DNA of 64,000 bases, taken from assembly GCA_963665295.1 (NCBI GenBank), contig OY762209.1, positions 4,416,001 through 4,480,000 of the forward strand. Reading direction: 5' to 3'. The notes under the pieces were generated by a model that saw nothing but the letters and a program-made list of their open reading frames with translations, ran no database searches and had not been told where the DNA came from. Shown piece by piece: positions 55,104-64,000 of the stretch (the stretch's first letter is position 1; the number at the start of each line of letters is the position of its first letter). The position numbers and the translations under genes were made by a program. Origin of the DNA: Syntrophorhabdaceae bacterium (GTDB taxonomy: Bacteria; Desulfobacterota; Syntrophorhabdia; Syntrophorhabdales; Syntrophorhabdaceae).

Positions 55104-57548
55104 ATGGAGGAAAAAGACACTGACAGGAAGCAGGTGCTTCAAAGTCGCCCGGCACGGAGGTCGGGACACAAGTCCACAGGACGGATATTCGCACAAGACG
55201 GCGGCGGAACGGCCGGTCCCCGCGATCCCGCCTTTTCCCAGCCAACCGCTGACCCTACATTGTTTGCCGAACATACGAATGCCATGAAAGAGTCGGAAAA
55301 GAGATACCGGGACCTGGTTGACGGAGCACCAGTGGGGGTATATCAGACAACCCGCGACGGGGATATCATTTACGTGAACAATACGCTTGCCGGCATGTTG
55401 GGGTTTGACACGCCCGAAAAGGCCGCGTCAAACGGCGCTCTCGACCTGTACAAAAACCCCGCCGACCGGGCTGCCATAATCCGGATACTCGACCATAGGG
55501 GCAAGGTGGCCAATCGTGAGGTTGAATTTGTCACCAGGACAGGGCGCCCGGTTAATGTGTTGCTGAGCGCGACACTGGATGGGGGCATCATATCCGGAAT
55601 GATGATAGATATAACCGAGCGGCGGAAGGCCATCAAAGACCTTCAAAGGGAAAGGGAGACGTTCTACTCCATTCTGGAGAATGATCCGAGCGGCGTAGTG
55701 CTGATCGACGCCCACGGTGTATACCAGTATGTCAACCCGGAGTTCACCCACATAACGGGCTACACCATCAAGGATGTGCCCACAGGGAAGGTATGGTTCG
55801 AGAAGGCTTACCCCGACGCGGATTATCGAAGGAAGGCCGTCCACATGTGGAGGACCAACCGCCTGCCTGAAGGCAGGAGTGTCGACGTGGAATTCACCAT
55901 TACATGCAAGGATGGACAGACAAAGGACGTGGAATTCAGGACCTCCCATCTGAAACGCGGCACCGTTACCGTATTGGTCGACATTACAAGGCGCAGGGAC
56001 ACGGAAAGAGCGCTCCACGAAAGCGAGGAAAAGTATCGGAGCATCTTCGAGAACGCCATGGAAGGCATATTCCAGACTACGCCGGAAGGACGGTTTCTGA
56101 GCGTGAATCCCGCCCTTGCAAGAATATACGGTTATGATTCCCCGCAGGAACTGATAGAGTGTATCACCAATATCAGGGAACAGATGTACGTTGACCCCAA
56201 GGACCGCAGTCTCCTTGTGGAGCTTTACAGAAAACGGGGATTCGTGGAGGGCTTCGAGACCCAACTGTATCGCAAGGACCAGAGTAAGGTCTGGATTTCC
56301 ATGAGCGCCCGCGCAATTTACGGGCCCGAAGGGAATGTGCTCCGCTACGAAGGCACTATCGAAAACATCACCGCCCGTAAAGAGAAAGAGGCGGTGGAAG
56401 CGCAACTCCGCCAGTCTCAGAAGATGGAGGCCCTGGGAACCCTCGCAGGAGGGATAGCCCACGACTTCAACAACATTCTCACCGGGATCATAGGGTTCTC
56501 GGAGATGCTTCTCGACGATGTGCCGCCCGGTAACCCCATGCACCGTAAACTTGAGCTTATCTTCAGGAGCGCGAGACGGGGATACGACCTCGTGAGGCAG
56601 ATTCTCGCCTTTAGCCGCAAAGGAGGGACCGACAAAAAGCCTGTTCAGTTGGGCGCTCTTATCAGGGACGTGGTGAAGATGCTTCGTGCCACCACCCCCT
56701 CAACCATCGATATCCGTGAGCATATTCTTACCGGGGAGGACCTGATCCTTGCCGACCAGGTCCAGATCCATCAGATACTCCTTAACCTCTGCACGAACGG
56801 AGTGCACGCCATGGGGAACAAAGGCGGCGTCCTCGAAATAAGCCTTACCGCCGAACAACCCGCCCTCGATGACCATCCTTCAGGGGGCACCGACAAGGGA
56901 CCCTATGTGAAGATCGCGGTTCGGGACACAGGGTCCGGCATGGCTCCCGACGTGGTGGAGCGGGTTTTCGACCCTTTCTTCACCACAAAAAGTCCCGGAG
57001 AAGGCACCGGACTCGGCCTCTCCGTGGTTCACGGCATCATCAAGGGACATGGCGGGTTGATATCGGTGTGGAGCAAACCTCATGAAGGGTCTCTCTTTTC
57101 CGTCTTCCTCCCCCGCCTCCGGCCTAAATGTGCCCCTGCCTCCGAGGTTCCCCAAGTCGCTCCCACAGGAAAAGGTCGCGTCCTCCTTGTGGACGATGAG
57201 GAGATAATAGCCGAAATGGGCAAGGAAAGGCTTGAACGTCTCGGCTATGAAGTGGCGGTCACCACGAGCAGCACGGAAGCCCTCGTCATGTTCCGCAGTG
57301 ATCCCTCGTCATTCGACCTTGTGATTACCGACTACACAATGCCCGTAATGACCGGTATCGGCCTCGCCGCAGAGATGATCGCCCTGAGGCCGGATACCCC
57401 GATTATCCTGTGCAGCGGATTAAACGACCCCGTTTCCTCCAAAAGGCTGAAGAAGGTAGGCATCAGGGGGTTTCTGACGAAGCCCATTCTAAAAGAAGAC
57501 CTCGCAAAGCTCATCCAGTTTGTGCTCAAGAAGCCTGTTCCGTCATAA
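55104..57548 (+). CDS. Hybrid histidine kinase with three PAS domains and a C-terminal REC domain
   Basis: Three PAS repeats; QKMEALGTLAGGIAHDFNNIL; GTGLGL; LLVDDE...ITDY.MP. Confidence 0.95.
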   Translation: MEEKDTDRKQVLQSRPARRSGHKSTGRIFAQDGGGTAGPRDPAFSQPTADPTLFAEHTNAMKESEKRYRDLVDGAPVGVYQTTRDGDIIYVNNTLAGMLGFDTPEKAASNGALDLYKNPADRAAIIRILDHRGKVANREVEFVTRTGRPVNVLLSATLDGGIISGMMIDITERRKAIKDLQRERETFYSILENDPSGVVLIDAHGVYQYVNPEFTHITGYTIKDVPTGKVWFEKAYPDADYRRKAVHMWRTNRLPEGRSVDVEFTITCKDGQTKDVEFRTSHLKRGTVTVLVDITRRRDTERALHESEEKYRSIFENAMEGIFQTTPEGRFLSVNPALARIYGYDSPQELIECITNIREQMYVDPKDRSLLVELYRKRGFVEGFETQLYRKDQSKVWISMSARAIYGPEGNVLRYEGTIENITARKEKEAVEAQLRQSQKMEALGTLAGGIAHDFNNILTGIIGFSEMLLDDVPPGNPMHRKLELIFRSARRGYDLVRQILAFSRKGGTDKKPVQLGALIRDVVKMLRATTPSTIDIREHILTGEDLILADQVQIHQILLNLCTNGVHAMGNKGGVLEISLTAEQPALDDHPSGGTDKGPYVKIAVRDTGSGMAPDVVERVFDPFFTTKSPGEGTGLGLSVVHGIIKGHGGLISVWSKPHEGSLFSVFLPRLRPKCAPASEVPQVAPTGKGRVLLVDDEEIIAEMGKERLERLGYEVAVTTSSTEALVMFRSDPSSFDLVITDYTMPVMTGIGLAAEMIALRPDTPIILCSGLNDPVSSKRLKKVGIRGFLTKPILKEDLAKLIQFVLKKPVPS

Positions 57549-57942
57549 CCCTTCCCCCCGGTCTTCCGGAGGCAACCGTCAGTAAACGTTCAGTCACTGG
57601 AACCGTATGGGGGATGCCGCCCCTATCGGTTCGTAAATTCCCTTTACTACCTAATTAGTCTAAGACAAATATACGCAATGGATGTGAATAAATACCGCTA
57701 AAGGGCTCCTTCTTTTATGCTTATATCAGATAGGTAGTATGTAGAGAATCAATTGATATACCAAAACTTTCTTTATCTATATACAATAGCATCGTCCTTG
57801 TTAACTTTAAACCTACACACTAATGATTACGGGCTCGATGGGAAGGGCAAAAAGAATCGGAAGCCTCGTGATCTTAAATACAGCGTTCTATCCGGGCAGT
57901 AACGCCCTTTGAGAAGGGCTTATAAAAAAAGGGGAGGGTATT

Positions 57943-59541
57943 ATGAATTTCGCAAGTTTTTGCCAACTCAATGCAAGCAAGTTTCCGGACCGTGAATTTC
58001 TCATCGAAAGTTATCCGTCGAAAAAGGAGCGGCGGGTAATGACGTGGGGGGCGTTGGAGGAGCAGACGAACAAAGTAGCCAACTATCTGGTCACGGAGTG
58101 CGGCATCAAGAAAGGCGACGTTGTACAGCACCTGCTTACGAATAACCTGGAATGGTATGTGACATATATGGCGGTTCTTAAGGCAGGCGCGGTGGTAAGC
58201 CCGCTCAATTTCCGCTTCGCCAGCGGCGACATCAAATATGCCTGCGACGTGACGAAAAGTAAGGTCTTTATTCTGGGAGAAGCCTTCATCTCCAAGGTCG
58301 AGCCTATAATGAACGAAATGCCTTATTGCAAACACTATATATGTGTCGGCGGCAAAGCCCCGGACAGCATGAAAGACTACAAGGAGATCATGGCCGCCGG
58401 TGATGTCTCCCCGTTTCTCGCGGAGACATCGGACGACGACATGGCGGAACTCATGTTCACCTCCGGCACCACGGGCGCGCCAAAGCCGGTATCCCATACA
58501 CACGGCACACTCTTCTGGATCGGCATCGGGAACGCTCTCACTTATAATCTGGGGTTCAGAAGCGTCTACCTGGCTCCCCACCCCTTCTATCACAGCGGAA
58601 CGCTCTTTCTCTCCTTCCCGTGTTACATCGCCGCGGGCAAAATTCTCATGCCCATGGAGTTGCAGCCGGAGAATTACCTGAGATCCCTCGCCGACGAGCA
58701 GTGCACGGGTGGATGGAACACGGTACCCACCTGGGCCGACTTGTTGAGCGCCATCAAATCGGGTCGCATCGACCTGAAAGATTATGACCTATCCGCCATG
58801 AGACACATCGAGATCGGGGCCCAGCCTGTTCCCTACGCCCTCCTCGAAGATTCGAAGAAGATATTCCCGGGCCTGCCCATCGCCAATATATACGGCATTA
58901 CTGAAGGCGGAGGCGGCGGGTTGACCAACTGTTATGATGAAGACATTATGAGGAAGCCGGGCTCCATCGGTAAGGCGACCGCCTTTATGGAAGCCAAAGT
59001 GGTTGCCGACAACGGCGATGAACTGCCCGCCGGAGGAATCGGTGAACTGGTCCTCAAAGGACCCAGGCTGATGAAGGAATATGCCTTCAACAAGGAGATG
59101 ACCGCGAAGACGATCATCGACGGCTGGCTCCACACGGGCGATCTCGCTTACAAAGATGACGAAGGGTTCATCTTCTTTGCCGACCGGGCCAAGGACCTCA
59201 TCATCCGAGGCGGCGAGAACATATTCCCTGCAGAGATCGAGGATGCCCTCCGCAAGCATCCGAAGATTCAGGACGCGGCAGTGCTCGGTTATCCCCACCC
59301 CCGACTCGTGGAGATAGTCATGGCCATTATCCAGGTAAGAGATGGAGAAAGCCTCACGGATGAGGAAGTAATAGGCTTCGTCAAAGACCGGGGACTCGCC
59401 AAATACAAATGGCCCGAAAAGCTTGTCTACACCGTTATTCCCAGGAATCCTGCCGGGAAGATCGAAAAACCGAAATTGAGAGACATGTATGTGAAACCCG
59501 CGAAAGAAGCCTTGGAGAAAGAGTTCAAGAAGAACGCTTAA
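57943..59541 (+). CDS. AMP-forming acyl-CoA synthetase
   Basis: FTSGTTGAPK, YGITE, HTGD, RGGENIFP.EIE, GK. Confidence 0.93.
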   Translation: MNFASFCQLNASKFPDREFLIESYPSKKERRVMTWGALEEQTNKVANYLVTECGIKKGDVVQHLLTNNLEWYVTYMAVLKAGAVVSPLNFRFASGDIKYACDVTKSKVFILGEAFISKVEPIMNEMPYCKHYICVGGKAPDSMKDYKEIMAAGDVSPFLAETSDDDMAELMFTSGTTGAPKPVSHTHGTLFWIGIGNALTYNLGFRSVYLAPHPFYHSGTLFLSFPCYIAAGKILMPMELQPENYLRSLADEQCTGGWNTVPTWADLLSAIKSGRIDLKDYDLSAMRHIEIGAQPVPYALLEDSKKIFPGLPIANIYGITEGGGGGLTNCYDEDIMRKPGSIGKATAFMEAKVVADNGDELPAGGIGELVLKGPRLMKEYAFNKEMTAKTIIDGWLHTGDLAYKDDEGFIFFADRAKDLIIRGGENIFPAEIEDALRKHPKIQDAAVLGYPHPRLVEIVMAIIQVRDGESLTDEEVIGFVKDRGLAKYKWPEKLVYTVIPRNPAGKIEKPKLRDMYVKPAKEALEKEFKKNA

Positions 59542-59660
59542 ACCGGCACCGACCACCCCCCCCAATCCCCTTGGGCAGAGGAAGGGGGGGGTGAAAATAT
59601 AGAAGGAGAAACAACTGTTTTAGTACTTGCAAAATTGAAATACGAACTAAGGAGGGTTCC

Positions 59661-61268
59661 ATGAGAAACGGGCACTGGATGACAGCAAAAGACGTACTAA
59701 GAGTAAATGCGTCTAAATGGCCGAACAAGGTCGGCATTAAAGACCTCTACAAGAGCTACACATTCAAACAGTGGGATGAGAGAGCCGCAAGGCTCGCGAA
59801 TGCCCTTGCCGACATGGGCATGAAAAAAGGCGACAGGTTCGCGGTCCTCGCGTACAACTGCGTGGAGTGGATGGAGATCTACGGAGCAGCAGCGAAGGGA
59901 GGCTTCGTATGCGTGCCCCTCATGTTCAGGCTCGCCCCGGTGGAGATGGAATACAATATCAACCACAGCGAGTGCAAGGTCTTCATCGTTCAGGGCGGCT
60001 TTGACGGCGCGGACGGAAAAGAGTTCCCCTGGATCAAACAGGTCACGGAAATGAAGAAGAGTCTCCCCACGGTAAAAGGATACATCTCCTTTGCCCTTAA
60101 GAACGAGACCTATGACGGTTTCACTCCTTACGAGGAAGCCCTCGCCAAGGCGAGCGCCGAGGAGCCGAAGACGGTGGTGGACGCCGACGATCCGTGGGTG
60201 ATCATGTACACGGGCGGTACCACAGGCAAACCGAAGGGCGTGGTCAAGAGCCACCTCAACCTCTTCTCCCAGTACTTCATCATGATCTACGACCACCAGT
60301 TCAACGATAACGATGTAAACCTTCTCGTCATGCCCTGCTGCCACGTAAACTCCCTCTTCTACTCCTTCGTGGCCACATGGGTAGGCGGCGCGGTAATGTG
60401 CTACAACATGGTAAGCTTCAACGCAGAGAACCTCTTAAAGACCTTCTCGGACCACAAGGTAACCTTTACCTCCCTGGTCCCGACCCACTACATCATGATG
60501 CTCGCCCTGCCGGACGACGTCAAGAAGAAATACGACCTCACCAGCGTAAAGAAACTCCTTATCTCCTCCGCCCCGGCGAGAAGAGACACGAAGCTCGGCG
60601 TCCTCGAGATGTTCTCCAACTCGGAACTGTACGAGGCCTACGGCTCCACGGAAGCGGGTATCGTGACGGTACTGAAACCCAACGAACAGCTAGTCAAGCT
60701 CGGCTCCTGCGGACGCGAGGTTATCGGTACGGACCTGATCGAGCTCTATGACGAAGACGGGAAGCTCGTGACGAAACCGAACGAAGTAGGCGAACTCTAT
60801 TCAAGAAGCCCCATGCTCTTCGAAGAGTACTGGAAAGACCCTGAGAAGACCGCCGCAGCCATGAAAGGCGAATTCTTCAGCGCCGGCGACATGGCGTACA
60901 AGGACGAGGACGGCTACATCATCCTCGTAGACAGAAAGGCCAACATGATCATCTCAGGCGGCGAGAACATCTTCCCCTCCGAGGTTGAGAACTGCGTAGG
61001 CGGTTATGCCAAGGTAAAGGACGTGGCGGTAATCGGCGTACCTCATGAGAAATGGGGCGAGCAGGTAACCGCAGTCATCGTCCTTCATGAAGGGCAAGCT
61101 GCCACAGCCGAGGAAATATCGGCCCATTGCAAGGGCAAGATCGCGGGATTCAAGGTACCCAAGAGCATCATCTTCATCAAAGACGAAGAGATGCCGAGAA
61201 GCGGCGCCGGCAAGATACTCCACCGGATGCTGAGAGAGAAATACGGCAAGTGGGCCGACCATCAGTAA
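59661..61268 (+). CDS. AMP-forming acyl-CoA synthetase
   Basis: YTGGTTGKPKG, YGSTE, GD, SGGENIFP.EVE, GK. Confidence 0.93.
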   Translation: MRNGHWMTAKDVLRVNASKWPNKVGIKDLYKSYTFKQWDERAARLANALADMGMKKGDRFAVLAYNCVEWMEIYGAAAKGGFVCVPLMFRLAPVEMEYNINHSECKVFIVQGGFDGADGKEFPWIKQVTEMKKSLPTVKGYISFALKNETYDGFTPYEEALAKASAEEPKTVVDADDPWVIMYTGGTTGKPKGVVKSHLNLFSQYFIMIYDHQFNDNDVNLLVMPCCHVNSLFYSFVATWVGGAVMCYNMVSFNAENLLKTFSDHKVTFTSLVPTHYIMMLALPDDVKKKYDLTSVKKLLISSAPARRDTKLGVLEMFSNSELYEAYGSTEAGIVTVLKPNEQLVKLGSCGREVIGTDLIELYDEDGKLVTKPNEVGELYSRSPMLFEEYWKDPEKTAAAMKGEFFSAGDMAYKDEDGYIILVDRKANMIISGGENIFPSEVENCVGGYAKVKDVAVIGVPHEKWGEQVTAVIVLHEGQAATAEEISAHCKGKIAGFKVPKSIIFIKDEEMPRSGAGKILHRMLREKYGKWADHQ

Positions 61269-61565
61269 GAAGTTAAGGCTTCCGGGACTGCCGGGCAGGC
61301 CCCGGGCATTCGATATGTACGGGCAGGCCGCCCTGTTTCACGATGCGATAAATCGGGGGTAATGCAGCTGATTGCGTGAAACGAAACAGAAGGGCGCGGG
61401 AGGAACACAGGGCGGTTCGAATGTTTGGGACAACGGCGCCGGACCTTGGCAAAATAGCTCCATCATCCTGGGGATACGCGATTTGACTGCCACGGTGTCA
61501 AGCCGTGGGAATCTTAAAACGGCACGTTCTGTCCGACAAAGCGGGGCAGGCGAAAGAGGGGAAAA

Positions 61566-62726
61566 ATGAATGAAATAAATGGAAATGGACTGGCAACAGC
61601 CGGGAAATATTACGAGCAGTACGGACTGAGGGCGCAGGAGTTAAAGGCGGACGGCAAGCAGGTCATCGGGTACATGACTGCTCTGGCTCCGGTGGAGATA
61701 CTGACGGCCGCGGGGGTAACGCCCTTCAGGTTGAAAGGCTTCGCATCGGAAGCCATCACAAAGGCGGACGCCCACATGGAGACGATTGTCTGTCCCTTCG
61801 TCCGTAATGTGTTCGATTCGGCACTCAAGGGCAAATACGACTTTCTCGACGGCATGGTCCTGCCTCACCTGTGCGACAGCATCGACAGGACCAACGACGT
61901 GTGGAGTTACAACCTTGACCTGCCCTACTGGCATTTCCTCAATGTGCCTCACGTCACCGACGGGCCGTCAGTGGAGTTTACGAAATCCATATTCCGCGCC
62001 TTTATCAAAAGCCTGGAGGCGTTCACCGGCAGGAAGATCACCGATGAGGCAATGGCTGAAGCAGTGAATAAACATAACGAAAACAGGCGGCTCATGAGGG
62101 AGCTCTATTCTCTGAGAAAGGGCTACCCCCCGCTTATCTCGGGCGTTGAAATGATGAAGGTCATTGTGGCGGCAATGAGCCTGCCTGTTGATGAATCATC
62201 GGCGCTTATAAAGAGCGTCACCGAAGAGGTCAAAAAGAGAGAGGTGACTTCCGGCAAGAAGTCACCTCGCATCATGATCGTCGGCGGTCAGATTGACAAC
62301 GTTGCCGTGGCGGAACTCATCGAAAACGCAGGCGCATGCCTCGTAATGGATGACGTCACCATGGGAAGCAAGGTTTACTGGCCCGAGACCGACCCCACTC
62401 CCGATCCCGTGCAGGGTATCGTGGAACGTTATCTGAGAAAGGTGAAAGTGGCCACCACGTACGTGGACACAGGCGACACCTACGAGGAAAACCTGGACGC
62501 CCGGTTCGGCCATATGAAGCAGTACATTGATGAATTCAAGGTCGATGGCGCGATTCTCTTCGTTTACAAATACTGCGACCCTTACGGCTTCGATGTTCCC
62601 GCCATGAAGAGCTACATCGAGTCCACGGGTACGCCCGTCCTTTACCTCGAGGACGAATACTCCACGTCGAGTTTGTCGAGAGTGAAGACCAGGATCGAGG
62701 CGTTCCTGGAGATGATTGCACAGTAA
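61566..62726 (+). CDS. 2-Hydroxyacyl-CoA dehydratase / class I benzoyl-CoA reductase family subunit (beta, BzdN-like)
   Basis: P.E...AAG, CPF, CD, VDG......CDP...D, TRIEAFLE. Confidence 0.85.
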   Translation: MNEINGNGLATAGKYYEQYGLRAQELKADGKQVIGYMTALAPVEILTAAGVTPFRLKGFASEAITKADAHMETIVCPFVRNVFDSALKGKYDFLDGMVLPHLCDSIDRTNDVWSYNLDLPYWHFLNVPHVTDGPSVEFTKSIFRAFIKSLEAFTGRKITDEAMAEAVNKHNENRRLMRELYSLRKGYPPLISGVEMMKVIVAAMSLPVDESSALIKSVTEEVKKREVTSGKKSPRIMIVGGQIDNVAVAELIENAGACLVMDDVTMGSKVYWPETDPTPDPVQGIVERYLRKVKVATTYVDTGDTYEENLDARFGHMKQYIDEFKVDGAILFVYKYCDPYGFDVPAMKSYIESTGTPVLYLEDEYSTSSLSRVKTRIEAFLEMIAQ

Positions 62727-62832
62727 GCGGGCGAATGACAGATAACTCAAGGCTGAAGGTCGGACCTTTTGCCCTTAACCATTCAGCCCCTGCTGAGGCT
62801 GATGATTCAATATAGAGACGGAGGAGAATCTC

Positions 62833-64000
62833 ATGGCCGAACAAAGAACACCAAGAGCACTTGCAACAGAGGCAGCGGCAAAAATACCCAAGATGGCGCG
62901 GGCTAACCTCGCCAGAACGGTCAAGGCCAAAGAGGAGGGCAAGAAAGTTGCCTACTCGTTCATTGTAGTGGGTCAGGACGAGATCATGAGAGCGATGGAT
63001 ATAGTGCCCGCATGGGGTGAAAGCTTCTCGGGCATTGCTTCGGCAAAACGTGATGCAGAGAAGTACCTGCAGAAGGCGGAGGCGGATAATTTCTCCCGCT
63101 CTCTCTGCACTTACGCTACCTGTAACATCGGCTTTGATATGTGGCGCGAGGAATTGGGCGGTGAAATGCCTCCCGGCGCACCCTGGGGAGGTATCGGGAG
63201 ACCGGATATGATCCTGGGCACGGCGCAGCAGTTGTGTGATCCGCGTTATAAATGGCCTCAGGCGACGCGTCACTACCTCCAGGACGTGCCCGTCTTCATC
63301 GGGGGCATGTACTACCCCTCCTGGGATCCTAAAATAGATCAGAAGGAGCAGGAAGAGTTCTATGTCAAGTACAATACGGAGCAGCTCCACGCATGCGTCC
63401 GTTTCTGCGAGAAACACACGGGCAAGAAGATGGACTGGGATAAACTCGCGGAAGTGGTCGATCTTACCGACCGCACCTGGAACCTCTTCGTAGAGACCTA
63501 CGAACTGAGAAAACATATTCCATGCCCCATGGACACGGGTGATGCCATGAACACCATGGTCCCCATGGCCTTTATGCTGGGCACCCAGGAGTGTTATGAT
63601 TTCTTCCTCGGCCTCAACGCCGAGTTGAAACAAAAGATAGCCGCGAATAAGGGTGTCGCGGAGAACGAGAAGTACCGGCTTCTCTGGGGCGCGGGCCTGC
63701 CTTCGTGGTTTGCCCTTAACGACTTCCAGTATTTCAACGACAAGGGAGCAGTGTTCCCGGTGGAGACAACCTACCGTTGCTACGAGCCGGTTTACAACCT
63801 CGATCTCCCCAAGACAAGCGACCCCCTGGAACATATCTCCTGGAGATGGGTGCGCTTCTGGACCCATTGGTACGACAAGGCGCGCAAGCGGCCCGGCTCC
63901 ACACCGGCAGTCGAACGCCTTATCGATTACATCGAGGACTACAAGTGCGACGGCGTGGTGTTCCATTCAGCCTTCTCCTGCCGGTCATGGCACGCGGGAA
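62833..64000 (+). CDS. 2-Hydroxyacyl-CoA dehydratase / class I BCR family subunit (alpha, BzdO-like), 3' truncated
   Basis: Translated by hand and absent from the ORF track: MAEQRTPRAL...EI.RAMD...E....LCTY...PD.......CD...KW...DGVVFH...SCR; GGAGGAG SD. Confidence 0.85.
   Translation, partial: MAEQRTPRALATEAAAKIPKMARANLARTVKAKEEGKKVAYSFIVVGQDEIMRAMDIVPAWGESFSGIASAKRDAEKYLQKAEADNFSRSLCTYATCNIGFDMWREELGGEMPPGAPWGGIGRPDMILGTAQQLCDPRYKWPQATRHYLQDVPVFIGGMYYPSWDPKIDQKEQEEFYVKYNTEQLHACVRFCEKHTGKKMDWDKLAEVVDLTDRTWNLFVETYELRKHIPCPMDTGDAMNTMVPMAFMLGTQECYDFFLGLNAELKQKIAANKGVAENEKYRLLWGAGLPSWFALNDFQYFNDKGAVFPVETTYRCYEPVYNLDLPKTSDPLEHISWRWVRFWTHWYDKARKRPGSTPAVERLIDYIEDYKCDGVVFHSAFSCRSWHAG

Noticed and set aside
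59552..59593. C-run/G-run hairpin between the CoA ligases
   Set aside because: A simple intergenic stem with no further support for a distinct element.
62536..63966. 476-aa minus-strand ORF
   Set aside because: Antisense shadow of the plus-strand dehydratase-family gene at 62833.

Overview
A 64-kb chromosomal window from an anaerobic, diderm bacterium. Gene content suggests a syntrophic Desulfobacterota/Deltaproteobacterium such as a Syntrophorhabdus relative, but this is inference. It holds two-component systems, two Mce/Mla lipid transporters, ade, an orphan 2-oxoacid oxidoreductase gamma subunit, cysS, a metal-uptake operon, a Liv-type ABC transporter with GntR and LarA, and a periplasmic [NiFe]-hydrogenase cluster. 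It also holds an EF-hand protein locus, an Fe/Mn SOD, an IS1634-family element, a pentose-phosphate/inositol operon, two acyl-CoA ligases and a 2-hydroxyacyl-CoA dehydratase/BCR-family pair. No rRNA, tRNA or CRISPR array was recognised. The strongest candidates for new biology are: (1) a hidden HHH/CxxC/RAPP arrest-type leader peptide whose Ala-Pro-Pro codons are complementary to the Shine-Dalgarno of the downstream metal-uptake gene; (2) a group-1a-like hydrogenase followed by a secreted monoheme protein with six Ig-like repeats and a Thermococcales-type HypA plus ATPase-type HypB; (3) a sigma-54-driven EF-hand gene followed by two covarying RNA hairpins complementary to its own 5' UTR; (4) an MlaF fused to a degenerate GGDEF domain; (5) an SOD with a possible Tat-exported second isoform. 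All protein family calls come from motif recognition by eye; no database search was run.
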